This document shows, one piece after another, positions 17,846-27,600 of a stretch of 64,000 bases of DNA. Each line of letters opens with the position of its first letter. Positions within the stretch are counted from its first letter, which is position 1. Location: positions 248,001-312,000 of the IMG/VR virus record IMGVR_UViG_3300037882_003354. The stretch is one strand, 5' to 3'. Both the position numbers and the translations under genes were made by a program. The notes below the pieces were generated by a model. It was not told the DNA's origin and did no database searches. It saw only the letters and a program-made list of their open reading frames with translations.

Positions 17846-20515
17846 TCAATCGAATGAGAATAGTTTGCCAAATGTATTTGTTTCTGTGGTACTATTTAGG
17901 TCCCAATCCAAGACACCAATTAAATTGTCGATCTTGTTGTTGATGATCACAGCCTCCATCTCAGCATGATCAAATGGCAGTTCCTGGAACCATTTGGGTA
18001 ATCTCAATTCATCCACAGGATATGCAATGGATGTGTAGCCCAGGGGATTTGCTTTGACCTTGCACACAATGACCTTCATGCCGTCCACGATGTTGGTGCT
18101 GTACTTGTCTCCATTCATGCGCTTGAGCGTGTTCCAATTGATGCTGGCTCTCACATGTCCTGGCATGTTGGCCCGGCCGGCCTTGAGTTCATCGGCCTGG
18201 TACTTGGCGATGTTGTTGGCTCGCTTGGGACTGCCCTTCTCCCAACCAGGACGCGACTTGAACTCAGTGCGGAATTCGCAGATGCGAGCCAGCACTTCCT
18301 TCTCCTGCCCACCATTCAGCACCGTGGTCAGGATCTCCTCCAGGAACTTTTGCATGAACTCAGGTGTATCACTACGCCTGAGATCCAGTCCCATGGCCTT
18401 GATCTTGCCCGGCCGGCCTTCAATATCACTACGCTTGCCATCCTTGTCATAGTACAGCACAGCATAACGCTTCTTGGTAATGAACAGCCCCTTGATGGCC
18501 ACAATTTCACGACCAGCCTTGATGACTTCTCCACGACTCTTGGGACAATGGAATGCATCCAACATCAACTGCGGAAAGGTGCTGTTGACCTCTTGAGCAA
18601 TGGTGTCATACAGTTGCACCACTGTGTCCTTGTCCCAGCGAATTTGACCCTTGTTAATTTCAGTCTTCAACGAACTGTATGCACTAAAGTAGGCACTATC
18701 AGTGTCACCGTAGATGATGGATTTGCCCATGTGATCATATTCTCCAGTGATCACCTCGTTGATCTTGCCGGCCATGTGCCGGGCAATGGCGCGTCCTGTG
18801 AGTGTGGTGCTCTGTCCAATGCGTTTGTCGAAGAACCTACAACCGGAATTTAAGATGGCGCCGTACAGACTGTTCAAGTTAATCTTCTTGACCAGTTGTC
18901 GTTTGTCCCAGTACTCTTCCTCGATCTTGTTCTCGGCCAGTATGGCATCTTTGAGTTTGGCCTGCATTTCTTTTCTCTCGGAATACCAACGCTTGAGCAG
19001 ACCAGGAATGATGCCTTCACGCTCGTATGTGAAGATGGTGCCATTGGCTGACAACATCCAGGGCTTGTTGCTCTCATAGATCAATTCGTAAATTTGAGCA
19101 CCGCTCATGACATCAGTTTCGCCATTTTCCCAGTCCACGATGATGTCATGGCTACGATCCTGACTCATGACATATTCGTACTCGTCACTGCCAAACTTGC
19201 CTTCCCAGGCTCCTGAGAAAGTTGCGCCCTTGGCCATCTTGGCGTCAATGTCTGCCCGGGTATAATCCTGCCGCAGTTGCCCCACGATGGTTTCTGGTCC
19301 CATGTTCAGTGCACGAATCACTGATGGATACAGACTGTTGATGTCCATGCTGCCAATCCAGTCATGCAAGCCCTTCTTGGGATATGCCACGTATGCACCG
19401 GCTGCCTGTGACCCTTCATCGTCGTCCTTCTTGGGACGGCTGGGCACGATCAATCCTCTATGATGTGCTTCGTTGACAATGGCCTGCTCAGTGACTGCCA
19501 CTGCGCCCATGGTGGTTTGCAGCAGCACGGTATTTTCGTGTGCCACAGTATTGGCCAGATCCAGGAATTTAAGTTTCTTGTCCAGTTTGTCCAAGAGTGC
19601 ACAGTCCTGACGATTGTATTCAATAAACTTTTTAAAGTCATTGTTATACAACTGATCCAGGGTGCCTTCATAGACTGTTTTAGTCTCGCCCAGTTCGTAT
19701 TCAGCAATGGCATCCAGTCGATAACTGTGTCGTTCTTCGTAGGTGTACTTGCGGTACAGTTCCAGGCTGTCCAGGTGCACTCGGCCCACTAGATCATAAG
19801 TGCTTGCTGCCTTGCCGTATTTTTCGTATTCTCGCTTCTTGGGGAAATGATTCCACAGACAAAATCTGCGAGTGTCCTCTTTGCTCAGGGCCTTGGTCAC
19901 ACGGTTCACGGTGTAGGGAATATCGAAACCCTCGCTGTTCCAACCACTCAGCACATCGGCATCTTCAATAAGATTCAGAAAGGCATCCAGCATTTCGGCT
20001 TCTGTGTCAAACAGAATGGTATTGGGAAATTCTTTCACCATGTCCCTGGCCTGCTCTATGGTCAAGGTTTTGGGAGGTATTGCCAGGCACACCAGAGTGT
20101 CCATCCATTGCAGATGTACTGCAATGGCAGTGATGGGCATGAATGCATCTTCTGGACTGGCATAGCCGCGTTCAGGATCAAAGTCTACCTCAATGTCGAA
20201 CCAGGCCACGTTGAGTCGGGGACCATCTCGCCCCAGGTAATTCTCTTCCAGGCATCTGAACACTGGATTCATATCGCTCTCATACAAGCGATGATCACTG
20301 TGCACTCGTTGTTCTTTGGTGTGTTCCTTGAAGCTACGTGAAGTCACCTTGCTTAGGTTTTCACCATGTATGCTCTTGTACTTGCCACGAGCATCGGGAT
20401 AATAGAACATGTACTTGGCAGGATAATCTTGATAGATTCTGCCTTTTTTCGGGTCTCGCTCCACGACATGGATGATATCCTTGTCGCGATCCCATACTGA
20501 ATCCACATATGACAT
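17846..20515 (-). CDS. polB: Family B DNA polymerase with 3'-5' exonuclease
   Basis: Exo FDIEV, GWNSEGFDIPY, YNRQD; pol DINSLYPS, KINLNSLYG, YGDTDS, KKRYAV. Confidence 0.97.
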   Translation of the reverse strand: MSYVDSVWDRDKDIIHVVERDPKKGRIYQDYPAKYMFYYPDARGKYKSIHGENLSKVTSRSFKEHTKEQRVHSDHRLYESDMNPVFRCLEENYLGRDGPRLNVAWFDIEVDFDPERGYASPEDAFMPITAIAVHLQWMDTLVCLAIPPKTLTIEQARDMVKEFPNTILFDTEAEMLDAFLNLIEDADVLSGWNSEGFDIPYTVNRVTKALSKEDTRRFCLWNHFPKKREYEKYGKAASTYDLVGRVHLDSLELYRKYTYEERHSYRLDAIAEYELGETKTVYEGTLDQLYNNDFKKFIEYNRQDCALLDKLDKKLKFLDLANTVAHENTVLLQTTMGAVAVTEQAIVNEAHHRGLIVPSRPKKDDDEGSQAAGAYVAYPKKGLHDWIGSMDINSLYPSVIRALNMGPETIVGQLRQDYTRADIDAKMAKGATFSGAWEGKFGSDEYEYVMSQDRSHDIIVDWENGETDVMSGAQIYELIYESNKPWMLSANGTIFTYEREGIIPGLLKRWYSERKEMQAKLKDAILAENKIEEEYWDKRQLVKKINLNSLYGAILNSGCRFFDKRIGQSTTLTGRAIARHMAGKINEVITGEYDHMGKSIIYGDTDSAYFSAYSSLKTEINKGQIRWDKDTVVQLYDTIAQEVNSTFPQLMLDAFHCPKSRGEVIKAGREIVAIKGLFITKKRYAVLYYDKDGKRSDIEGRPGKIKAMGLDLRRSDTPEFMQKFLEEILTTVLNGGQEKEVLARICEFRTEFKSRPGWEKGSPKRANNIAKYQADELKAGRANMPGHVRASINWNTLKRMNGDKYSTNIVDGMKVIVCKVKANPLGYTSIAYPVDELRLPKWFQELPFDHAEMEAVIINNKIDNLIGVLDWDLNSTTETNTFGKLFSFD

Positions 20516-20588
20516 AACTCGTTCTCCTTTTGTGATTTACGGCTCACAAATACCCTGTTGATCACTTATGGCCGATCTTGCCTTGCTC

Positions 20589-20879
20589 TTAATTAATCAG
20601 CATCCTGACTAACCCAACACTGTCAATTGTGACTAACAGCATATAGTTTAACAGCATGCCAAAACTTTGTCTAGTATATGCGGCCCAGGCATACATACTA
20701 CATCCTATGATCCAGATGGGATACAGCATGAGCAAGGGCGGTGTGGGCACAGTGATGGCCATGATGATAGCACATCCGATACTCATGGCCCAGGCCGCCA
20801 GTTCTACCCAAAACCGATAGGGATGTGATCGTCGGTCCAATGCGATCCAGGTCAGAGTGCCCTGGAAAATTTTAATCAT
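20589..20879 (-). CDS. Small membrane protein
   Basis: Start re-picked to MIKIF at 20879; about three hydrophobic segments. Confidence 0.65.
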   Translation of the reverse strand: MIKIFQGTLTWIALDRRSHPYRFWVELAAWAMSIGCAIIMAITVPTPPLLMLYPIWIIGCSMYAWAAYTRQSFGMLLNYMLLVTIDSVGLVRMLIN

Positions 20880-21144
20880 CTTTACGGCGATTAGCGTGAC
20901 CGGAAATATCCACGATGGTCTCCAGATCATCAAATTCACGGAACACTTGGTCCCATTGATCCTTCTGTGCAATGCGAATTGCCTTGCGAATCACACTGGG
21001 TTTAACATCCAGTTCTTCTGCCACGGCCATGATGGTTTCTTTCAAACCCTCTGTGAGATCAGCGATCTCCTGCATGACTGTGATGCCCTCGGCAACGATT
21101 TGCTTGATTTTGGCCTGTTCCGGAGCACCGAATGATTTTCCCAT
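20872..21144 (-). CDS. dsDNA-binding protein, T4 DsbA/GapR(DUF2312)-like
   Basis: MQEIADLTEGLKETIMAVAEELDVKPSVIRKAIRIAQKD pattern. Confidence 0.6.
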   Translation of the reverse strand: MGKSFGAPEQAKIKQIVAEGITVMQEIADLTEGLKETIMAVAEELDVKPSVIRKAIRIAQKDQWDQVFREFDDLETIVDISGHANRRKDD

Positions 21145-21167
21145 GATTTTATATCTCCTTGTAAGCT

Positions 21168-21196
21168 AGTATACAACCTGACAAGGGATAAATCAA
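21168..21196 (-). promoter_or_regulatory. sigma70-type promoter
   Basis: TTGATT-17 nt-TATACT on the minus strand. Confidence 0.65.
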
Positions 21197-21197
21197 G

Positions 21198-21410
21198 TTA
21201 TTCAATAGTTTTGCCAGCCTTTTTCACCCAATCGTCTGGAATTCGATTATGTTTTTCCACAAAAAGGTCATGCAATTTTTTAGGAGTGATGTTATATTTT
21301 TTAGCGATGGATTTCATCATGTGATCAATGGCATCATATCCCAGCGGATTTTTTAAATCTTTTTCCAGATCCTTGACAGCATCTTCTCTGATCAAATCTA
21401 AAATTTTCAT
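21198..21410 (-). CDS. Hypothetical protein with capsid-targeting-like leader
   Basis: Starts MKILDLIRE. Confidence 0.7.
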   Translation of the reverse strand: MKILDLIREDAVKDLEKDLKNPLGYDAIDHMMKSIAKKYNITPKKLHDLFVEKHNRIPDDWVKKAGKTIE

Positions 21411-23566
21411 TTCTTCTTGCTGGGATTCTTGGCAGCATAACTAGCAGCCACTGCCATTTGACGACGCTTTTCCTTGGTCTTGCCACGGAATTGTGGAGCA
21501 TTGGATTTTTCAAAGTCTTTGATGTATACATCCACTGGCGCATTTGCTGGAATCTTCTCTGCCAGAACATTTTCTAGAGTGGCTTGCAACCTTTGGGCAT
21601 ACGCATCACTAGATTCGTTGGGCACACAATTGTTCACTCGGATGCCGCCCTTGATCTTGGTGCCCTCTTTGTGCTTGCCCTTCCAGCACTTGGCATCAAG
21701 TCGTTGTTTGATTTCCATCATGTTGTTGCCATGTGTTTCACACATGCCACAATCTGGACATGTCATTTCCATCATCAGGTCTTCATTGTGTTTTTTCTTA
21801 CCAGCACAATGTGCCTTTTGACTGAAGCCCTTGGGATGACTGCAATTGATGCTGCCCTTGTACTTTTGACTCCAGGCTTCATTATAGTTGTCGTGTTTGT
21901 CACGAATGGCATCCAACTTCTTTTCACTGGCACCATCACGCCCTGCCTTGGCCAATGATTGCATGCCTTTTTTACCATACTTCTCATAGCCTTTGGCAGC
22001 ACGACTCATTGTACGCTCGCCTTCTGCCACATCTTCTTCCTTGGCAGTCTTTGCTGCGTCTTTCCAGGCCTGGTCCGTGGGTGCTTTGGGGTTGGATGCA
22101 GATCTACTGGTGCCTGCCTGCTTGCGCTTGTTCACATAGTAGTAAAGACCTTTCTTCTCAGCCTCCGCTACACCTTGCTCGCCGATCTTGTCACCAGGAA
22201 CATTACCTTTCATTCGTATGACACTTTTAGCACTGTGACCGGCGGCAATGCGTCGGGCGTCGGCATCATCTTTGGCAACAAACTTCTTTACTTGACCATT
22301 ACGCAGCATCATTTCGTATTTTTGTGTTGATCCTTCTTCCACACCTTCGTCCTTGGCCCGTCCTGACTTCATGTTAGCCAACCAATGCGCCATGCGTTGC
22401 TTCTCACCAGAACTATGCCGGGCTGTGTCGCGCAATGAGCTGACACTGGCCCCGGTGTTGACTCCCGAACGTTTGGCCAGGCCCTTACGACCAGGGTTTT
22501 TGCCATCTTTGAAGTTTTCCGCCATGCCTGTGTCATGTTGCTCACCACTGATGCTTTGCAACACAGAATTTAGATAATCAGCGGCCTTGGTGATCTTGCT
22601 CTGTTGCCAGGCTTGCAATCCCTCACGTTCGCTGTACCGGCGCACCAGGTCCAACAAATTCACGGCATTTTTGGCAATGCTCTGCAACTCACTGCTGGCC
22701 ATCTGAATCTCGTGATCTTCCGACACACCTTCTTTTGGTTCAGGTAAGTCAGGTAAGCCTAATTTTTTAAGAAGTTCAGGATTTACTTTTTTTAGTTTTT
22801 GTAGTTGCGACTGTATTTCTTTTTTACGCTGGGCTATTGCTTCTGGGCTATAGGCGCGCTGTTCTCTACGATCACCGCTGGGAGTACGATTATCCATTTC
22901 GGTAACATCTTTACTTGCGGTCTTTTCGGACAATTTCTTGCCAATTTGTTCCGACCTGATCATTTTGATCAAACCGAGTTGTTCTCTGGCAATTTTATGT
23001 TCAGGATTCTTTTCCAGAGCACGATTCCAGAACTGTATTAAATCAGCCAATTCTTTGTCGCTCTTGCTTCTTAAATTTTGCTCTTGGTTGAAGGGGCTGG
23101 AATTAGAGCCCTCCGCCACATCTTTCTGGCCACGCAGGTCTTTCAACCGGGCCTTCAACTGGTTTAACTCGCCAGCATTACTGTCTGTTCCGGACAGTTT
23201 GCGGTCATACATTATTTGACGGATGCGAGTCTCAATTTGTTTTTCGGTGGTGTACTCATCTGCACTTTCAGCAAAAGGTTTTTTGTGTTTTTCGTTGCCC
23301 TGCTTCTGTGCTCGCTTTTTGTCCACGTGAGCGCCAGCACCTCCTGTGGTGGCATTCTTGGCTACAAAGTTTCTGGGCTTGCTAGTAGGAACCACTTCTT
23401 TTTTATCTGCTTCTTGTGCAATCAGATTGTCACCACGTTTGCGAACACCACCCATGGGGCTACTCACACTGGCAATACTTCCTGAACTGGTACCGCCGCC
23501 GGTTGCACTTTCCAGTGTATACACAGTTTCCGTTTTGTTTTGTTTTTTGCTGAATTCGGTTGTCAT
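21407..23566 (-). CDS. Large Lys-rich modular protein, probable internal head protein
   Basis: 719 aa of short basic modules separated by recurring (G/D)V(A/S/E)E-type motifs. Confidence 0.7.
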   Translation of the reverse strand: MTTEFSKKQNKTETVYTLESATGGGTSSGSIASVSSPMGGVRKRGDNLIAQEADKKEVVPTSKPRNFVAKNATTGGAGAHVDKKRAQKQGNEKHKKPFAESADEYTTEKQIETRIRQIMYDRKLSGTDSNAGELNQLKARLKDLRGQKDVAEGSNSSPFNQEQNLRSKSDKELADLIQFWNRALEKNPEHKIAREQLGLIKMIRSEQIGKKLSEKTASKDVTEMDNRTPSGDRREQRAYSPEAIAQRKKEIQSQLQKLKKVNPELLKKLGLPDLPEPKEGVSEDHEIQMASSELQSIAKNAVNLLDLVRRYSEREGLQAWQQSKITKAADYLNSVLQSISGEQHDTGMAENFKDGKNPGRKGLAKRSGVNTGASVSSLRDTARHSSGEKQRMAHWLANMKSGRAKDEGVEEGSTQKYEMMLRNGQVKKFVAKDDADARRIAAGHSAKSVIRMKGNVPGDKIGEQGVAEAEKKGLYYYVNKRKQAGTSRSASNPKAPTDQAWKDAAKTAKEEDVAEGERTMSRAAKGYEKYGKKGMQSLAKAGRDGASEKKLDAIRDKHDNYNEAWSQKYKGSINCSHPKGFSQKAHCAGKKKHNEDLMMEMTCPDCGMCETHGNNMMEIKQRLDAKCWKGKHKEGTKIKGGIRVNNCVPNESSDAYAQRLQATLENVLAEKIPANAPVDVYIKDFEKSNAPQFRGKTKEKRRQMAVAASYAAKNPSKKK

Positions 23567-23931
23567 TTTTTATTCATCCAATTGTTTATGGGACTCACAG
23601 TGTTGGTGGTCTTTAGTTCTTCACTGTCCATGTTACCATGATTGATGTCTTCGTAGTCGGCACCCATGGCCTCGGCTGCTTGCTTGAACATTTCTTGTTC
23701 TAGGGGTGTGTATGGATGCACAGTTTTCTTTTTGCCGTACCATGATTTATAATCCATATCCAGTGGATCAGATCCGTTGGCGCACGCCATGGCCAGGCCC
23801 ATTCGGTATGCTGTGTAAGTGCTATCCATACGCTCATGGTCGCCGTAGGTGTTGATGCCCACACTGGACTGTTGTGCTCTTTGGGAAATTTTTCCAACGG
23901 TTTTTTCCACAATGAATTCTTTGGATCTCAT
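23563..23931 (-). CDS. Hypothetical protein with capsid-targeting-like leader
   Basis: Starts MRSKEFIVE. Confidence 0.7.
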   Translation of the reverse strand: MRSKEFIVEKTVGKISQRAQQSSVGINTYGDHERMDSTYTAYRMGLAMACANGSDPLDMDYKSWYGKKKTVHPYTPLEQEMFKQAAEAMGADYEDINHGNMDSEELKTTNTVSPINNWMNKK

Positions 23932-23935
23932 GGCA

Positions 23936-24373
23936 TTATACTTTTGAACTGGCTTTTAGGAACCAGGCATGCTTTTTATGTGAGTCCATGCGTTCTGCAA
24001 GAAAATTTGAAAGTCCATGTGCACCAGCAACCTCAGCAGCATCATAATTTTTCTTTAATACTATCTGTATACGCTCGCTGTCTTGCAACAGTTCTTGGAT
24101 CATGTCTTCCTTGCTGGGCACGCGATCTTCATCTTCAATGCGGGTCAACATGCTGAGATTGTGGTAACTGGTGGGCATGTAACCCCCCAGTTTACGTACA
24201 TTTTCTGCATAGGGGTCAATGGCACCGTAAACTTCAGTGTAGATTTCTTCAAACAATTTATGGTATTCGTAAAAGTCTGACCCCTCTATGTTCCAGTGCA
24301 TGGAATGCACCTTGACATAAAAACTAAAAGTGGTGGCAAAACCTATACGAGTCAGTTGAATTAATTTATCCAT
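23936..24373 (-). CDS. dps: Dps / ferritin-like protein
   Basis: HSMHWNIEGSDFYEYHKLFEEIY, DPYAENVRKLG, HKKHAWFL. Confidence 0.9.
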   Translation of the reverse strand: MDKLIQLTRIGFATTFSFYVKVHSMHWNIEGSDFYEYHKLFEEIYTEVYGAIDPYAENVRKLGGYMPTSYHNLSMLTRIEDEDRVPSKEDMIQELLQDSERIQIVLKKNYDAAEVAGAHGLSNFLAERMDSHKKHAWFLKASSKV

Positions 24374-24374
24374 T

Positions 24375-24683
24375 TTATTCCCCCACCGGCTTCTCGCCGG
24401 TCATGTATTGTCTGGCAAACCATAATCGAAACCATTCGGGAGTGCCAGGGCGAATGTCATTCTGCCGCATGATCTCTGCCTTCTCTGTTCCGGTTACACT
24501 GATATTACTACCTTTATTTATTTCTTCTTGGTGGCGTCGGTATTCTGCCAGCCGGGCTTGACCACCCAGCCCTGCCAGATACTGTACAATTTTTAACTCG
24601 TGTATGGGATCCGCTGGGTCAAGATGGCAGTCATCAGGGTCATCCCTGGGGATATTATCAGTGCTTATTCGGTACTGCTTCAT
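24375..24683 (-). CDS. Hypothetical protein
   Basis: 102-aa ORF in the operon. Confidence 0.7.
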   Translation of the reverse strand: MKQYRISTDNIPRDDPDDCHLDPADPIHELKIVQYLAGLGGQARLAEYRRHQEEINKGSNISVTGTEKAEIMRQNDIRPGTPEWFRLWFARQYMTGEKPVGE

Positions 24684-26575
24684 TTGACTGCACGTTCTAT
24701 CAATCGCAGCATGGCCTGGGCCATGGCCATCTCATATTCTTCACCCAGCGGAACCTGACGGCTTTCTGCGACCGGCGCTGGTGCAGCAGGCGCCGCTGGT
24801 GCAGGTTCATCAGTCAGTCCCATGCCTTCTCTGGTGGCTTGATACAAGGTCTTGCCAGCCACTTGGATCTTGGCTCCAACTCCAGTTGCTTGTTGGAATC
24901 CTGACTCATTGCCCTCAGCGGCATATTTACGAGCCAAGGATCCACTGATTCCAGTGACATTGGTAGTATCAGCATCTCTTTCACCGCTGCTGACAAAACT
25001 CAGGTGCACATATTCTCTGGCACCTGCGGGGTCAGTCGAACGGACTGGTCCGCTGTTCCAGCCGTTGAGTAATTTCTCAATGCTGCCAGCACCCTTGCCC
25101 AGACGATCACTGCCGCCAATGAATGTCATGTTGCGGAATCCCTTGGCATACAACCAATTGGCTGCATAGATGGGACCCAGTACATAGTCAGTGACGATGT
25201 GCTTGGCAAACTCAGGATAAATTTGTTTGATGAACGCAGCCTTGGTGGCGGGATCCAGAGGATCGTCCTTGGTGCCACTGCTGTTGCTCAGGAATATGAA
25301 ACTGTTGGCGCCGCCGGTCTCCACGGTCTTTGCCATGACCAACTGATGTCCCAGGGTGGGTGGATTCATGCGGCCGAAACAGAACGCAGCCATGGGGCCC
25401 TGTTTTTTAGCAGCAACTTCTTCATCAGGCACTCGGTGCTTGGCAAAGTTGGCACGACTGAATCCCAGACGATCAATCAACTTGAGTTTGTCCTTGCCAC
25501 CACCGAAAACATAACCTTCGTGTGCGTTAACACCATCTGTGATGGCAATGATTTCACTGCCCTGTTGCTGGGAGTCAATCTGTTGCTTGATGTGTGTCTT
25601 GAGTTCAGTCACTGCTGCCCACATGGTCCAGATGCCCAACAGTCCAGGACCACCACCATCTTCTTGATACAACCAACCGTCCCGGTTGGTGCCCAGCATT
25701 TTTTGTGCAGCACCTTCGCTCAGTCGGCCACGAACAAACTCCAGGAATCTGGGCACGATTTCGTTGCTGATGTCATTCTCTTCCAGCATGCTGGTGATAA
25801 ACGGACCCATGGCTGTGATCACACTCTTGCCCTTCATGGCAGTCAGCTCATCAATAAATTTGTCCACAGCCGGCCCATTGGCAGCAATGATGTTTTGAGT
25901 CTCTTTGATCAAGTTGGGATTAATTTTAACTATTGGCTTATCACGCATTTCACCAACCATGAAAGTGACACCTTGTTTTTCTTTGAGACCCTTCAATCCC
26001 ACCAGTGGTGTGTCTCCCTGACCCAGACCAGGAATATAAGTGTGCACAGCAATACCGCCCACGCTGGCACCAATGGTTTCACCAAGTTCGCCCTCAATCT
26101 TCACACGATATTCCACGGTGTTGGGCTTGAATACAAAATATCCATTGTCAGTGGGTGGCGTACCAGTCCACATGAGATCGCCCATGTAGAAGAAATCGGT
26201 GCCCTGTGGTACAATTCGCTCCAGGGCAGGGCGCAAGATACTCTCCTTCTCCCAGAGATCATTACGGTTGGCGCCACGACCTTCGTCATATGCCCTGATG
26301 GTCATGAATTCCATCTTGCCCTTGGCCACCTTGTCGTACATGTGTTTGTCTGCAAACACCAGTTGACCCTGATCATCTCGTCCAAACACCACGGCGGGAA
26401 ATCCATCCCACTTGACAGTCACTGTCTTGGGGTCTTTTTGCAAGGAAATCAGTTCCTGCACCACTCGCTGTGCGCCCTTGCTGCCACTTGTGATGATGAG
26501 ATCTTCAGGGTGGTCAATGCCTTCACGCAACACCGGCGCTGTACTTGAACGGTTGAACAGTTCTCTTAGTATCAT
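24680..26575 (-). CDS. Fusion of an RNA-ligase-like (DUF6267-like) domain and a HxGH cytidylyltransferase-like domain
   Basis: VKWDGFPAVVFG (KxDG), HEGYVF, KLIDR; C-terminal FCFGRMNPPTLGH, IGGSDR, ISGSLAR. Confidence 0.7.
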   Translation of the reverse strand: MILRELFNRSSTAPVLREGIDHPEDLIITSGSKGAQRVVQELISLQKDPKTVTVKWDGFPAVVFGRDDQGQLVFADKHMYDKVAKGKMEFMTIRAYDEGRGANRNDLWEKESILRPALERIVPQGTDFFYMGDLMWTGTPPTDNGYFVFKPNTVEYRVKIEGELGETIGASVGGIAVHTYIPGLGQGDTPLVGLKGLKEKQGVTFMVGEMRDKPIVKINPNLIKETQNIIAANGPAVDKFIDELTAMKGKSVITAMGPFITSMLEENDISNEIVPRFLEFVRGRLSEGAAQKMLGTNRDGWLYQEDGGGPGLLGIWTMWAAVTELKTHIKQQIDSQQQGSEIIAITDGVNAHEGYVFGGGKDKLKLIDRLGFSRANFAKHRVPDEEVAAKKQGPMAAFCFGRMNPPTLGHQLVMAKTVETGGANSFIFLSNSSGTKDDPLDPATKAAFIKQIYPEFAKHIVTDYVLGPIYAANWLYAKGFRNMTFIGGSDRLGKGAGSIEKLLNGWNSGPVRSTDPAGAREYVHLSFVSSGERDADTTNVTGISGSLARKYAAEGNESGFQQATGVGAKIQVAGKTLYQATREGMGLTDEPAPAAPAAPAPVAESRQVPLGEEYEMAMAQAMLRLIERAVK

Positions 26576-27600
26576 GATGCAAATAATCCTTTAACCATTT
26601 CCAATCCACTCAGGATCTTTTTCTTGTCTTCTTCTGCCCGTGCCATGGCCTGTGGGGTCTCTGCCTTGTCACGTTTTTTGCCCTGAACATCTATCATGGC
26701 CTTCTCTTCATAACGACGGACAAACTGAGACAAGAAGTCATCTGCTGATGTAAAATTGGCCAGGTTGCCCTGACCAAACATGTTGTTGATTTCAAAACTA
26801 CGTGCCAATCCTTTGACACCGTTGACCAGTATGGAAATCTTGATGTTGTTGATGTCTGATCCTGTGTTTTGTTTTAACAATGGATCTACCTTGACTCGGC
26901 CGAGGTCACCACCTGCCTGCTGTACTTCGTATTTGAAGATGTCCAACAGCCAGGTGTTGGGATTGGTGGTGACTGTGACGGTCTGAGTGTCTTTTTGCTT
27001 GGAGAACGACACACGCTGGTCGTCCACAACTTTTAACTGTACTCCAGCATGTTGTATGCTCATGTCCAAGAGTTCACCAGTCACGCTGTACATGTTGCCA
27101 GCCAGTAATCCCTTTTGTCCACGCTCGGGTGTCACACGAGTGGCTCCCCAGTCTCTCATCTTTTCCTCGTGCCACATGAAATCAATCTGTACAAAGTCCT
27201 TGGCACCGATCTTGAATATGGGATGCCCGGGCTTGCTTTCGGCTGTGTCCACATAGGGCACATGCCCTGCTTTGACAAACTCGTCTGCTAGTTTATTCCA
27301 ATGGGTAGTGAACTGACCGTAACTGGTGCCCTCCACTGGCGGGGCGATCATTTGCAGATCAATGTCTCCGTATATTTTATCTGGATTCTCTGCGGCATCT
27401 TGCTCGTGGTAGGCGCTGCTGCCTGTGGGACGACCGCGTTCTACGGGGCCTAAACCTTTTTGTTCTAGGAATCGGTTAAAGTCTGTAACGAAGTTGTCAA
27501 CCACCTTGAGGGCATGACCCACCACAGCGGGATGCAACACAGTTCCTTGTGTGATCTTGGTGTCCCATCCACCTTCTCTGAGTAATTCAAAGATTTTCAT
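26572..27600 (-). CDS. Pol-beta superfamily nucleotidyltransferase
   Basis: PTGSS...YGDIDLQ (GS plus DxD), third acidic strand VQIDFM. Confidence 0.7.
   Translation of the reverse strand: MKIFELLREGGWDTKITQGTVLHPAVVGHALKVVDNFVTDFNRFLEQKGLGPVERGRPTGSSAYHEQDAAENPDKIYGDIDLQMIAPPVEGTSYGQFTTHWNKLADEFVKAGHVPYVDTAESKPGHPIFKIGAKDFVQIDFMWHEEKMRDWGATRVTPERGQKGLLAGNMYSVTGELLDMSIQHAGVQLKVVDDQRVSFSKQKDTQTVTVTTNPNTWLLDIFKYEVQQAGGDLGRVKVDPLLKQNTGSDINNIKISILVNGVKGLARSFEINNMFGQGNLANFTSADDFLSQFVRRYEEKAMIDVQGKKRDKAETPQAMARAEEDKKKILSGLEMVKGLFAS

Noticed and set aside
1473-20515. Introns or inteins in thyA and polB
   Set aside because: Both are continuous ORFs of normal length with no homing endonuclease or intein motifs
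25199-26548. 449-aa + strand ORF
   Set aside because: Antisense shadow of the 631-aa ligase/NTase gene; no recognisable motifs or start signals
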